A DNA stretch of 64,000 bases from Guillardia theta CCMP2712 (lineage: Eukaryota; Protista; Cryptophyta), in contig NW_005434627.1 of assembly GCF_000315625.1 (NCBI RefSeq), positions 410,362-474,361 of the forward strand, read 5' to 3'. The notes under the pieces are model-generated. The model searched no databases, had not been told where the DNA came from, and saw only the letters and a program-made list of their open reading frames with translations. Position numbers and translations under genes: made by a program. Below are positions 1-17,832 of the stretch, one piece after another; the stretch's first letter is position 1, and each line of letters starts with the position of its first letter.

Positions 1-1557
1 ACCACCTTCCAGACCAAGTCAACCGTCTGCTCAACGATCCTCCTGCAGGCGTCGAAGTGTTTCTGCCTCCTCCTCGCCATCCTCTCCTCTTCCAGCTCCT
101 CGAACCGGGACTTCTCCATCTCCAGCTTCACGAAGTACTCCTTTCTCTTCACCTTGTAGATCTCCGCATCGCGCTCCAGAGCCTCTCGGTACTGCTGCTC
201 CCGCATCCTGCGGTACTGCTCCTCCCTCCTCAGACGAGCTTGACGCATCGCCTCCTTCTGCGCCAGCACTCGGTGCAGGTCCTCGGCGATCTTCGCCTCC
301 TGCACGCTCTGACGGATGAGCTTCTCGTTCAGCTGCTCCTCCTTCTTCCTGTTCTCCATCTCCTTCTGGGTCCTCATCTGCTCCACCAGCACCCTCCTCC
401 TCCTCCGGTCCCTCTCCTTCCTTGCGATCTCGTCCTCCTGCCGTTTCTGCTGCACCTTAATCATGTAGTGCTCGCTGTCAGCCCGCAGCTCATCTCCTCT
501 GGGGATCTTCCCCGTCAGTGACTGCAGGAACTCCTGTGGCGTCCTGCTGTCCGTCATCCCCAGCATCGCCTCGTCAACTGGCGTGTCAACGAAGTCCTGG
601 ACGCGCCGCAAAGACTCCTCGAATGAGTCGATTCCTTCCTCCACCTGCTCGGCCGCCTCCAAGTTCTCCATCCCCTTCCTCCTCCGCTCCTTCTCCCGCA
701 TCGCAAGCTCCAACCGAAGGTCCCTCCTCTCCCTCTCCTTCCTCACCGCCTGGTTCTTGGCATGGTTAATCCTCCCCTCCCTCTCCCAGTCCTGCAGGTA
801 GGCTCTGTTCTCCGCCATCTTCAGCCGCAGAGAGTCTCTCTTGCTCAGCAGCATCTGCTCTCGCTGCAGCGCGTCGATCGCGTTCAGTCGCTCGGCGACG
901 CGCGCCTGCTGTATGGCCTCCTCCTCGAACGGCCGCAGGTAGTTGGACATCTTAAACTCCCGGGGGTTGGCTGACTTGTACCGCAGCATTTTCGTGAAGG
1001 TCTTCTCCTCCATGTCTTTGTACTTCTCCTTGCTGGAGAGCCTGTTGGTCGTGAGCAGGAGGGCGGTCGACGTCTTCGACCCCTTGCGGAACGGGTTCGA
1101 GGACGTCGAGCTGTCCAGCGCGACCTTGATCTGCTGCAGCAGGCGGAGCGCTGCCCCCGGCTCCTCTGTGATGATCTGGTTGGCATTGTGGCTGTCGAAG
1201 TTGATGTTGAGCTCCCGCAGAATGGGCTGCAGCCGCTCGAAGTTGTTCACTTTGGCATCAGGCGTATCCTTGTTGACAAACTTGTCGAAGTCGGGCTGAA
1301 TCCCATAGCTCTCGAGCACCTGAGAGGAGGGGCTTGTCACAAAAGGAGGCTGCGGGAGGCAGGGGAGGGGAGGGAGGGAGGGAGGGAGGGGGGAGGGGGG
1401 GGCGGGGAGCAGAGCAGAAGGAAGATCAGGAGGTTGGGAATGGCAGGAAGACAACCTGTCCGATCTTGTATCCGTTTGCAAACTGCGATTCAACATCCCC
1501 TTGCCCCAACCCTTCCATCCCAATCTTCTCTCGCAGCCATCGTTTGACGATCTCCAT
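1..1557 (-). CDS. SPEF2: Sperm flagellar protein 2 / CPC1-like central-pair protein, 5' part (runs off the window start)
   Basis: Exon 1557-1456 MEIVKRWLREKIGMEGLGQGDVESQFANGYKIGQ, GT-AG intron 1455-1320, exon 2 VLESYGIQPDFDKFVNKDTPDAKVNNFERLQPILRELNINFD...EEPGAALRLLQQI. This matches the SPEF2 N-terminal CH-like domain, followed by a long coiled coil open to base 1. Confidence 0.85.
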
Positions 1558-2237
1558 GTTTCAAGGGACGAACTAACTGCACAAGAGCGACATCGCAGAC
1601 CTTCAGTTGGGAGCAAGGTGGAATGATAGTGTACCGGTGATGAAACAAGTCACAAGGCTGCGATCCGGCACTCCTGATGCATGCGGGAAAGCCCTGCACA
1701 CAGCTCAATGAGTTTCTCTACATCCAACCCCTTTTTGTAAGGTATAAAATCTCCATTGTCATGATCGTTAAAACAACAATCGTCATCCTGGCCCACGTCC
1801 ATTTGCCAGTTTATCCCTTCAACTTCTTCCCTTCCGTCTTCTCTCGTCCCCCTGACTTCCCTTGCCTCCTCCTCTTGTCTCCCCGGATCGTTTACTGTCT
1901 CATCCTCCCTGCAGCCGTTCTTCATCGCACATCCTCTTCTCTCCATCTCTCCCTCATCCATTCCTTCCATGCTCTTCCTCCTCCCTCCCTCCTTTATTCC
2001 CTTCCTCCTCTTGTTGATCCCTCCCTCCCTCCCTCCCTCCCTCCCTCCCTCCCTCCCTCCCTCCCTCCCTCTCCCTTTCACCAAAGCTGCCATGTCCGTT
2101 GAGCCAACCTCCACTACCCCACCCCAGTAATTTCATTCTCCCTACACCTATTCATGACCCCTACATTTTCCAGCCCTGACAGCAATGCTGGTCCGGGCCG
2201 GTCCGGGCCACAGTACCGTGTAGTGAATTCAAGCCTC

Positions 2238-4265
2238 CTCGACTCTCCTGATTGTCCTCGTACTGATTTTTAACTTAACTTTGAGTAAAGGAGACTACAG
2301 ACAAGGTCAAGATCTGGTCAAGGTTTTATTACAAACCTTGGCTAGCTCGAGAGTAGTCTGAGCTCGATATGGCAGTGAATCGGAGAGTGCGGCGCTATGG
2401 AGTCAACATGGTGTTCTGCGCGGTGATGTTGCTGGTTGCCATGAGCTTGACTTCTCACTGTCTTCTCCACAAGCTCATCATGCAGCCAATCATGTTAACC
2501 CCTGCGGCAAGACTTGCGGCAAACCTTTCCCTGCCAAACGAGCACCCGAGGGCGTTTTGCTCGAACGACATGGAACTGTACCGCACGCACATTCGTGACA
2601 TAATATGTGGGAGATCCACATCAGCCATTCCTCTTGCAGAGCGATCGGAGCTGATATTCTTGCACATCCCCAAGACTGGAGGAGAGACAATCGAGAGGGC
2701 CCTCGATCTCCACAAGAATCATCTCCCTGCCGTCGATCGAGCAAGGGAGTACGCTCGCCCGCATGTGTCCTTCAGCGTGATTCGAAACCCGTTTGATCGC
2801 ATGCTCTCTTGGTTTCGGTTTTGTCTTCATGGATGGAGGGGACAGCTGCCGGACCCTAAGAAACAGTGTATGCTCGCTCACCGACTCATCAATGCGTTTC
2901 CAGGGAAGCACAACGTGAGCACAGTGGGGAGAGCGTTTGAAGCATGGCTTGAGACCACCTTGGGGTCACCGGAATGGCTTCACTACTGGATCTTCTTTCC
3001 TTACGCCATCTTCCTAGGAGGCCCAAACTTGAAGGTGGATTTCTTATTACGCTTCGAGCATCTCTCTTCGGATTTGCTCGTCCTCGCAGCCGCGCTGCAG
3101 CGGAATGTCACCATGCTGCCGCATGAGAACTCTTCCTCAGATTGGAAGCGAGGAATGATTGAGGGTATGGAAGTAGACCAAGAAATCATGACCATTCTTA
3201 GGTATCACTACTCCCTGATCTATACCAGCACAGCCAAGAAACTTGTGGAAGTCTGGTATCAGAATGATCTAACAAACTTCGGTTATTCTTTTTGACGTCT
3301 GTGTCTCTCGATGCCAATCCTTTCTTGACAACTTCCCTCCCGCAAGAATTGTACGAAACCAAAGATGCACTCTCTGAACAAGCAGCTCTGCAATACAACT
3401 TTACTTGAAGTTCAACTACGTCCAGCTTTGAGCGACTCTCTGCGAACAAAAGTCATGATAGACGTGACGATAGTTTTACTCTTGAAGTGAGTGATGACCG
3501 TCGAAACAACTTCTGTGCCTTGAGCAAACGGCGTGATCAAACTGGCGTGTCAAACTCGTCAAAGCAGCTGGAACATAATCTTCAAGTCCGTATAGTTCTA
3601 ACGGAATGAAGGCAGGAACCTGAAGAACAAAGTATGCCCAATCTTGTTGGTGGAACGAAAGATTCTCAAGGAGTGTGTGGAGGCTCTGTTTTGTGCTGGG
3701 ATGAATGAGTAGATTGGTGTGAGAACAGAGTTTTATTGCAACACTGTTTAATGTGCAAGTAAGCCTTGAATTTCTCCATATCTTCCATGTTTGATTGAAA
3801 CTTTCAGGTCTTCAAGCGCAATTCGACCATGTACGTTGCAGACTCATCTGGTCAAGTTTTAAGATACTGGTTGACACGTCGTGATCACATTTGCCGGAAA
3901 GGCGAAAGCATGCAACATGTATAAACATCGAAGATGAGGATGATCGGGATATATCCAAACACAGAGTCGCGTACGTTTGCAGCACTTCTTTCGAGTTTGC
4001 AAGCGGAAGCTGTTGTATAGACAGTAAGAGCATCAGGAGTGTTGCACCGGGAGGAGGGATTACGAACTTTCTTTCTGCACGTATGTCGCTACAGGACTGA
4101 AGAAAAAGAAAGTTCGTATTGTCTTCGTACACTGAAAAATCAGTCAGGAGCATCCGGGGGAGTCTCCAAGTCAGAGGCCCTCGGTCGCGGCAACTGCCAT
4201 GGTTGGCACTTTCTTTGCTCAAAGTTAAGTTAAAGATCAGTACGAGGACAATCAGGAGAGTCGAG
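2238..4265. mobile_element. Inverted-repeat-bounded cassette (putative Pack-type non-autonomous transposon) carrying a sulfotransferase gene
   Basis: 2238-2290 and 4213-4265 are reverse complements at 51/53 positions (CTCGACTCTCCTGATTGTCCTCGTACTGAT...). GC-rich island DNA lies outside both ends. No clear target-site duplication (TSD). Confidence 0.65.
2369..3295 (+). CDS. Sulfotransferase family protein (Sulfotransfer_2-like), type II membrane anchor, intronless
   Basis: 308-aa ORF with an N-terminal hydrophobic segment, 5'-PAPS motif FLHIPKTGGETIE, 3'-PAPS motif FSVIRNPFDRMLSWF, DFLLRFEHL, and C-terminal YQNDLTNFGYSF. Confidence 0.88.
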   Translation: MAVNRRVRRYGVNMVFCAVMLLVAMSLTSHCLLHKLIMQPIMLTPAARLAANLSLPNEHPRAFCSNDMELYRTHIRDIICGRSTSAIPLAERSELIFLHIPKTGGETIERALDLHKNHLPAVDRAREYARPHVSFSVIRNPFDRMLSWFRFCLHGWRGQLPDPKKQCMLAHRLINAFPGKHNVSTVGRAFEAWLETTLGSPEWLHYWIFFPYAIFLGGPNLKVDFLLRFEHLSSDLLVLAAALQRNVTMLPHENSSSDWKRGMIEGMEVDQEIMTILRYHYSLIYTSTAKKLVEVWYQNDLTNFGYSF

Positions 4266-5200
4266 CCAGGCTGAGCCTGAGGCCCCTTGCCAGGACTGAC
4301 TGACCGTACCCTGACACCGTGGCAGTGAGCCTCGGCCCGGCGGCGTACTCCCGGGCGGAGCCTTGGATTGACGGACCGCCGGACTGGCTTTGAGCCGCAA
4401 AGGCCCGGTTGCTTGAAGCCCGGTGGGCGTGACCGTGCCGGGCTCCGGCCCGGCGGCGCCACCGTGCGGGTTCAATTCAAGTTCACGGCGGCCGGCCCGG
4501 CCCGGCCGCCCGGCGGCCCGGGGGCCCCACGACTGCCGCGTGCTACGGTGTTAAACTTTTCAAACTGCCGCTGTGCAGTCACGGTGCGTGACTGGCCCAG
4601 GCTGGCCGCCCGGCCGGGCCCGGCCCCGCAGCAGTGAGCCGAGTCTGGCCGGGCAGTGTGGCAGTCGGCCCCGGGCCGGGCCCGGCACTGCACTGACGGA
4701 TGGCACACCGTGCCGGTGTAACCGTGAACACAAGTTGAACTTAGAACCGTCTTACAACTTGCAAGTTACTCGGTAAGCCGGCGACCCACCACCCGGCGTG
4801 CCGGCACCCGTCCGTGCCGCTCAGCACCCTGATCGGACCGTCGGACCGTTTTCGGAAGTCACTCCGACTCCCTGAGTCTCAGCACTACCGGGTAGTGACG
4901 GTCAGCAGTCGGCCCCCGCCGCGCTCCGCCGTTCCGGGCGGCCACCAACACCGTACGGCGGGTACCGTGCGGTCACCGGGCCGACCATCGCGGCCCAGCG
5001 GCCGCTGATGCGGCGGGCAGGCGCCCCGGTCCGAGCCGCCGCGGCCCGAGCCCCCGGCGAACCGTTGAACCGTGGCTTACCGACGGTGGCGGGCCGGGCG
5101 GCGACCACTGTCACTGGCAGTGGCATGGTACGGTGATCGGACCGAACGGGCCCGGGGGCCCGGGACTAGCCGCTGAGCGTCGGCGGCCACTGTCACTCAG
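4266..5200. repeat. GC-rich mosaic island of short palindromic words
   Basis: Dense CCGG, GGCC, CCGTG/CACGG, CAGTG/CACTG and TGAC/GTCA words with no credible ORF. The same texture occurs at 2188-2220, 18395-18455, 24430-25810 and 61070-61115. Confidence 0.7.
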
Positions 5201-5781
5201 TTAACCCTACTGCCGCAGATTTGGGTTAATATTTGGGTTAATTCAAGAAGAATCTTTCTAGATTAGCCAATATATAGATAGATTAGCCAATATGTCGCTT
5301 AAACCACCACCGCTCCTCTCACCTCTCCCCTCCCCCCCCTCGACCCCTCCTTCGCTTCCCCGCCCCCTTCGCTTCCTCCTCCCCCCCCCTCCCTGCATCG
5401 GCGCCGCTCTCCTCCTCCCGGCCCCTTCCTTCCTCTAGCTTCTCTCACATCTCTTCTACTTGTTCCGACACCTTGTCTTCTCCTCCTGCCCCCCCTCTCT
5501 CACCCCCCTACCCCCTGCGTTCGGAGCTTGCTGTTTTCGGCAACGCTGTCTCTGCAACAGCACCTTGGACGCTGCTGGGTGCTCTTCCCTGTGTAGAACC
5601 TCCTTAGTTAGTTTTCAGAACTCCTGCTCTTGCACTGGACAGGACGAGATCGGCAGCGGGAGCAACTCCTGTCGCCAGTTCTTGTCAGGTACAGTAACAG
5701 TTCTTGGTCTTTCTTGGTTTGCTGACGGGGAGATGCTACAGGGCAGTTGTTGGCAACTGACCGGGGCCCGCTCGTGGTGGT

Positions 5782-7578
5782 ATGAGTAGTGGAAAGTCCA
5801 GTTCTGTTCTGAGGATGGACAACTTCAAGAGAGACAGATCGGACTCGCTGGACCTCCTTGGGTCCTCCCCCAACCAGATCCACGAGCTGGTATGGGACAC
5901 TGAGCACTTCGACACGGGCAGCAATGATCGCCAGGAATCCATCGAGAAGATTCACCAGATGCTGAGCAAGAAGATGAGAGACGGGCCAGGACCCAACAGC
6001 TACAAGCGAGACGACGGCGACATCCTGGACGCCTTCTACACCGGAAACGAGAACTCTGGGAATTTGGATGCCCTAGCAGGGAGCTTCGGAGCTGGAAGCT
6101 ACGGCCTGAGCGACAATCTCGACCTTCATGCCAACGACTTCCCGTTTGCAAGGAAAGGGGGAGTGGACGGAGGCTTTTTTGCCATGGACGATGTCGGCAC
6201 AGACCAGCTCTCCAACTCCTTCAAGGAAGCATGTTCCTTTGGAAACTCGGAGCCCTCGATGCCCCCGTTCGCTTCCTCTCCCATGCTCAGTGTACAGCCG
6301 CAGAGCTCTCAGCCCCCTCACTCGCAGGCTCATCTCCCTCAGAACCAAATTTCTTCCCTATCCGCTTCCTCTGCTAACAACAAGGCCAAGAAGGTTTCGA
6401 ATGTACATGTGTTGCCCACTTCAGCTGCAAGTGCGGTTGCTGGGCAGTCCGTCATGGACCACACGGCGATGGGTCACGCCAAAGTACTGACGGGAGGGCC
6501 CAAGGCGACATCAGCGGCGGGTGAGTCTCCAGGTTGTGATGTGCGACCTGCCGATCTGTTTTCTGCAGCCATGCTGGGGGGAAATGTACCTTCGTCTGCA
6601 GCCATGGCGGCAGCGCTACCTGCCGTCTCAGCTATCACAGCAGGTGGGGAGATGTGTTGGTCTGCTACATCCTGCTGACGACTGGAGCAGCGAGCATGCT
6701 CGAAGACTCGACTGAGAGGCTTAGTCACAAGGAGGTACGGACGTGGTGAATGGCTGAGAGCCGATGTCTTACAAGAGCCCAGGTGGAGCAGAGGAGGAGA
6801 GAGAAGGCGAAGCAATACTTCGACGAACTGCGCGCGTTGCTCCCTTGCGGGTGTGGACTAGTGTGCTGAGGATCTTGGTGGTGCGATGATACGAGTGTGG
6901 CAGTGCGGACTCCAAGTTCGATAAGAACACAATCTTACAGAATACCATTGCGATGATCAAACAGCTACAGGTCAAACAACTCCTTTCTCCTCCTGCTCTT
7001 GCTCCTGGTCCTGCTCCTTCTCCTTCTTCTGCAGCAGGAGCTGCTGTTCTCTATCCTTCTTGTCCCCCCTCCCTCATTCTCTCATTCTGGTGGTATCAGG
7101 CGGAGCTCGAACATCATAAGGAAGTCAAACTCGGAACGAAAGGTCGACCCCCCACCCAGCCGTCCAGCAACGATTTCAAGCAGAGGTGAAACGCTCTCAG
7201 TGAATGTCGACAGCGATAGCAAGAGTTGTGGACATGGCGATGGTGGTGGTGGTGGCGATGATGACGATGACGATGACGACCACGACGATGATGACGAAGA
7301 TGATGATGATGACGACGACGATGACGATGACGATGATGATGACGACGACGATTGAGATGATGATGTTTTCGTACTGATGGCTTCTTGTTTCAGTTTCGAC
7401 ATCACCAGACAACCTCTCTGTTTCTGTGGTCTCGATGGATGTATCTGGGAGAGCAACGCAGCGTTCTGCAACTTGCTTGGGTAGACCTTGCCCCCTCCTC
7501 TTGCTATTCTCCTCCCTCTCCTCTCTCTCCCGCCTCCCTCTCTCCTCTCTCTTCTCCTTCCTCCGCTCTTACGGTCTT

Positions 7579-7618
<40 letters not shown>

Positions 7619-7792
7619 CCATCTGCTGACCTGCAAGAAAGGTACTCCAAGCAGGAGATCCACGGACTTTCTCTCCTCAACAACACAGCGCCTTGTGATA
7701 GCGACGCTTCTTCCCAACACTGGTAGAACCAAGAAAATGCCTCATCCTTATCCTGCAGCTCCTGCTCCTTGCTCTGCTACCCTTGCCCTGCA

Positions 7793-7843
<51 letters not shown>

Positions 7844-8223
7844 TCTGCTCCTGCTTCTGCTCCTGCTTCTCATCCTGCTACTGCTGCTGCCCCCTTACCA
7901 TGTGTGTGCTAGGCAACGGCTTATATCATCGGGCATGTGCAACTCCGCCTTCTACTGCCACCTTATCCGCAAGGACAACCAGCAGCTCATGGTACAGCTA
8001 AGGGTTTCCTGGGCATCAGGTGTTGAGAGTGTGCGGCAGGTGAACATGGACTTGAATCTGCTCCACAAGAGGAACCAGGTAAGAGGTGAAGGACTCGTTG
8101 GTAGCTACTGACGCCTCTTCCTCCTCTTCCTGCTCTTGCTCCTCCACCTGCTCCTCCTCCTCCACCTTCCTTTCTCCACCACAGCCCTACTGCTTCCTTG
8201 TTGCCACCAATCCCACGCAGTGA
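5782..8223 (+). CDS. bHLH-PAS transcription factor (long N-terminal extension, bHLH, single C-terminal PAS), about 11 exons
   Basis: Phase-consistent splicing gives RLSHKEVEQRRREKAKQYFDELRALLPCGADSKFDKNTILQNTIAMIKQLQAELE (bHLH). It is followed by FDITRQPLCFCGLDGCIWESNAAFCNLLGYSKQEIHGLSLLNNTAP...HLIRKDNQQLMVNMDLNLLHKRNQPYCFLV (PAS). Stop TGA 8221-8223. Confidence 0.88.
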
Positions 8224-8610
8224 GATCTTCCTTGTACAGCTGCCAGACATGCAGTCGAGTTGAGGTGCAAGCATGGTCTGCTGTCTGTGTGTGATATGTT
8301 TGCGATCTCTCGTGTTTTGATAACTTGTACGCACATCGGTCTTGTGGTCTTGCTCCTTCTTGTGTTGTTTTCAGCTGCTGCCGATTTTTAGCGAGCAAGA
8401 TCTTTGCTGTTTACCCTCCCTGTCCGTGTGCAGTTGCGTGTTTTAAGAATAATAAGCTGGGAGCCATTGAATGCTTCCTCTTGATCCTACTTCTTGCTTC
8501 CCCATCTCTTCCTCGTCCTCGTCCTCGTAATCAGTTGCTCGGCTCCTCCCTCTACCTCCCGTCCTCCCCTCCTCAGCCATTGCAACTTCGCTGCTCGCCT
8601 CCTCCTCCTC

Positions 8611-11750
<3,140 letters not shown>

Positions 11751-11898
11751 CTGATCCCCTCGAACTTTCCCTCCTCTCTCTCCTGCTCTCTCCTAATCTT
11801 TCTACTTTTTCTGCCCACCTTCTTATCCTCCCTCCCGTCCTGATACTGTTGCTGTCAATACAGCTCCTGCTCAACCCTGTGCCTGTTCCCCCCACCTT

Positions 11899-11982
<84 letters not shown>

Positions 11983-12049
11983 CTTCCTCTTCCCCCTTCC
12001 TCACCTCATCCGCCATGTCGGATGTCCAATTGGCCCCCATTCCATATAA

Positions 12050-12495
12050 ACTATAAAACTTTCAATTATCTGCTATAAGAATGACAATAAAATATTGAAA
12101 TACCCTGCTCGTATATCTCCGTACCCCCAGCTAGGGGGGGGGGACGTGGATTTATGAACTACCCCTCCTTCATACTCAAAATCTATAAGAAACTACCCCT
12201 ATTTTGATACCCCTACCCCCTCAAAAACATTCGATCCAACCCCCTAGCTCTTCACTTCCGAAAGGAAAACTCCTCTACAACCCCTGCGAGAATGAGCTGC
12301 ACCAAAATAGAGGGTGGGGTGGTAAGAAACCTCTGAAAATGGGGGTACTTTTTAGGTAAATATATGGGTGGCTATCTGATCATTGGGGGTACTGGGTACA
12401 AGACTGAGGTTTGTCCTAGTTTGGGACCCAGAACATAGTGAAGGAAATCATGGGGGTACTGGAAGCTAAATCAGGGGGTGGGGGTATAGGTAACA
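12050..12495. repeat. TACCC/GGGTA-polarised intergenic mosaic
   Basis: The left half is rich in TACCC(C/T) words and the right half in GGGGTA words. Confidence 0.6.
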
Positions 12496-12958
12496 ACGGC
12501 CTGATGTTAGCAGCATGCATCGGGGAGTACAGGACGAGGGAACAAGCAAGGAGGAGGAGGAGGAGGAGAAGTGATGATGATGATGAGGATGATGATGAGG
12601 ATGATGATGAGGATGAGGATGAGGATGAGGATGAGGATGAGGATGAGGATGAGGATGAGGATGAGGATGAGGATGATGAGGAGGAGATAGAGCAGCAGGG
12701 CCGCCAGAAGCAGTACCAGTGCGAGAGCATGATAATTTCAGACAGACAGGGCATGGCTTCATCATCAAATTGAAAGTAGATATGGAATAAAGTTGAAAGA
12801 GAAAGCAAACAAGAGAAGTCTGGTCAGATGTAAAAGAAATCATGATGTCGAAATGTCAGCGTGGAAGAAGTAGATATCCATCCTAGTCTATCTCATCTGA
12901 AAGCTTGCGGAATTGATGGACCTGTTCTCGCAGGCACGACTAAGACAAGCTCTACAGC

Positions 12959-13685
12959 ATGTCGGGACAGCAAGACTCTGTTACCAGGGACGCGAGCTTT
13001 GACTCTCAGGAGAAGAGACTGCTAGAAGAGGCTTCAAACGAGGAGGGAAGATCCTTCAGAACAAGGATGTGAGTAGCTTCTACTGCTGTCAGCTCCTGCT
13101 GACTGCTCGCTCCCGGGCAGGTACAAGTCCCGCACGCCGCACGAGCTAACGGCACAGAGTTACAAGCACTGCAAGCGATGCAAGGGGAAGTGCTCGGGGC
13201 ATGAGGAGGATGGTTCTCCTCCTGCTACTGACACAACGAAAGTCCCCTCGTCGTCACTACCCGCTGAGGGAGGAGGGACTTGCGAGGTGCTCAGGAAGGG
13301 GCAGACGTGCTACTACAAGGACGCAGTGGGGGGGATGTACGAGGTGAAGGTGGTCAACGTTGATCACAGCTTGGTTCCTCCGTCATACCTCGTCCGGTTC
13401 CAGGACGGGAGGGAGAGGGAGACCGAAAGGTTCAAGCTGCTCGCGAAGGATGAGGCTGGGAGAGCGAGCGAGGGAAGGAGGGAGGAGGAGATGGCGAGGA
13501 GGGAGGAGTCGAGGCAGAGGAGGGAGGAGGTACAGGAGAGAAGAGAGCAGCACAAGGCCGCCGGGACGTACAAGCAGCAAGACAAGGACAACTTAGAATC
13601 GATAGTCAACGGGCTAACTGCGTTCCCCATGGGACTTATCTCCGAGCTCAAACACCAAGTCGACAAGATGTAACTCCTGCTCCCT

Positions 13686-13720
<35 letters not shown>

Positions 13721-13783
13721 ACTGTTCCTGCTCCTGCTCCATCCCCCCTGACGTCCTGCCACAGGCGACTGTTTGATCCCTGA
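12959..13783 (+). CDS. Hypothetical protein with an SH3/Tudor-like beta-barrel segment and a coiled coil
   Basis: MSGQQDSVTRD...RTRM spliced in phase to YKSRTPH...LRKGQTCYYKDAVGGMYEVKVVNVDHSLVPPSYLVRFQDGRERETERFKL. The last exon gives RLFDP, TGA 13781-13783. The fold call is inference. Confidence 0.6.
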
Positions 13784-13785
13784 GC

Positions 13786-17125
<3,340 letters not shown>

Positions 17126-17732
17126 GAGCGTAACCGGAGGACAAGCGTCTCTCTTGCGCGCTCGTTCTCTTGATCATGATGCAGGCTGTATGAGACGCAC
17201 AGCAGACGCCGATAGCCCAGGAGCAGGCCAGCAGCGCGACAGTGACAAGCGTGCGTCCTGATAGAACACTGTGAGCGCCCTCGTTTCAAGATGAGGGCAA
17301 CGAGCACACGAACGAGGAAGAGTAGCAGGAGCAGCACGAGCAGGGGGCAGGGAGCAGCAGGAGCAGGGAGCAGCAGGATTAGGGAGCAGGGAGCAGGGAG
17401 CAGAACAAGGACTACCAGGAGCTCTCAGCAGCATACAAGTGGACGACGAAAGGTGTACATCTTCCTCCCTGACGATGAGAAAGAGGCAAGCGATGAAGGC
17501 GGCCAGCTGCCTCTGGGGACCCGACAAGTTATAGGTGATATAGGTGGTTTCGCAATGATATAAATGCATCTCTCAACAATGAATTCACCCACTGTACATT
17601 CCCGATCCTGATCTGAATGCTGGTTTGTTGATCCTTCCCCTTATCATCCTCCTCAATGCACGTTGTCTCTTCATCTATAACCAACAGCACAACTCTCTAC
17701 TCGTTCCTGCTCCTGCTCCTGCCCCCCCCCCC

Positions 17733-17832
17733 NNNNNNNNNNNNNNNNNNNNNNNNNNNNNNNNNNNNNNNNNNNNNNNNNNNNNNNNNNNNNNNNNNNN
17801 NNNNNNNNNNNNNNNNNNNNNNNNNNNNNNNN
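17733..17832. other. Assembly gap (100 N)
   Basis: N run following poly-C. Confidence 1.

Noticed and set aside
57-1299. Plus-strand Leu/Ser-rich ORFs
   Set aside because: Antisense shadows of the SPEF2 coiled-coil exon.
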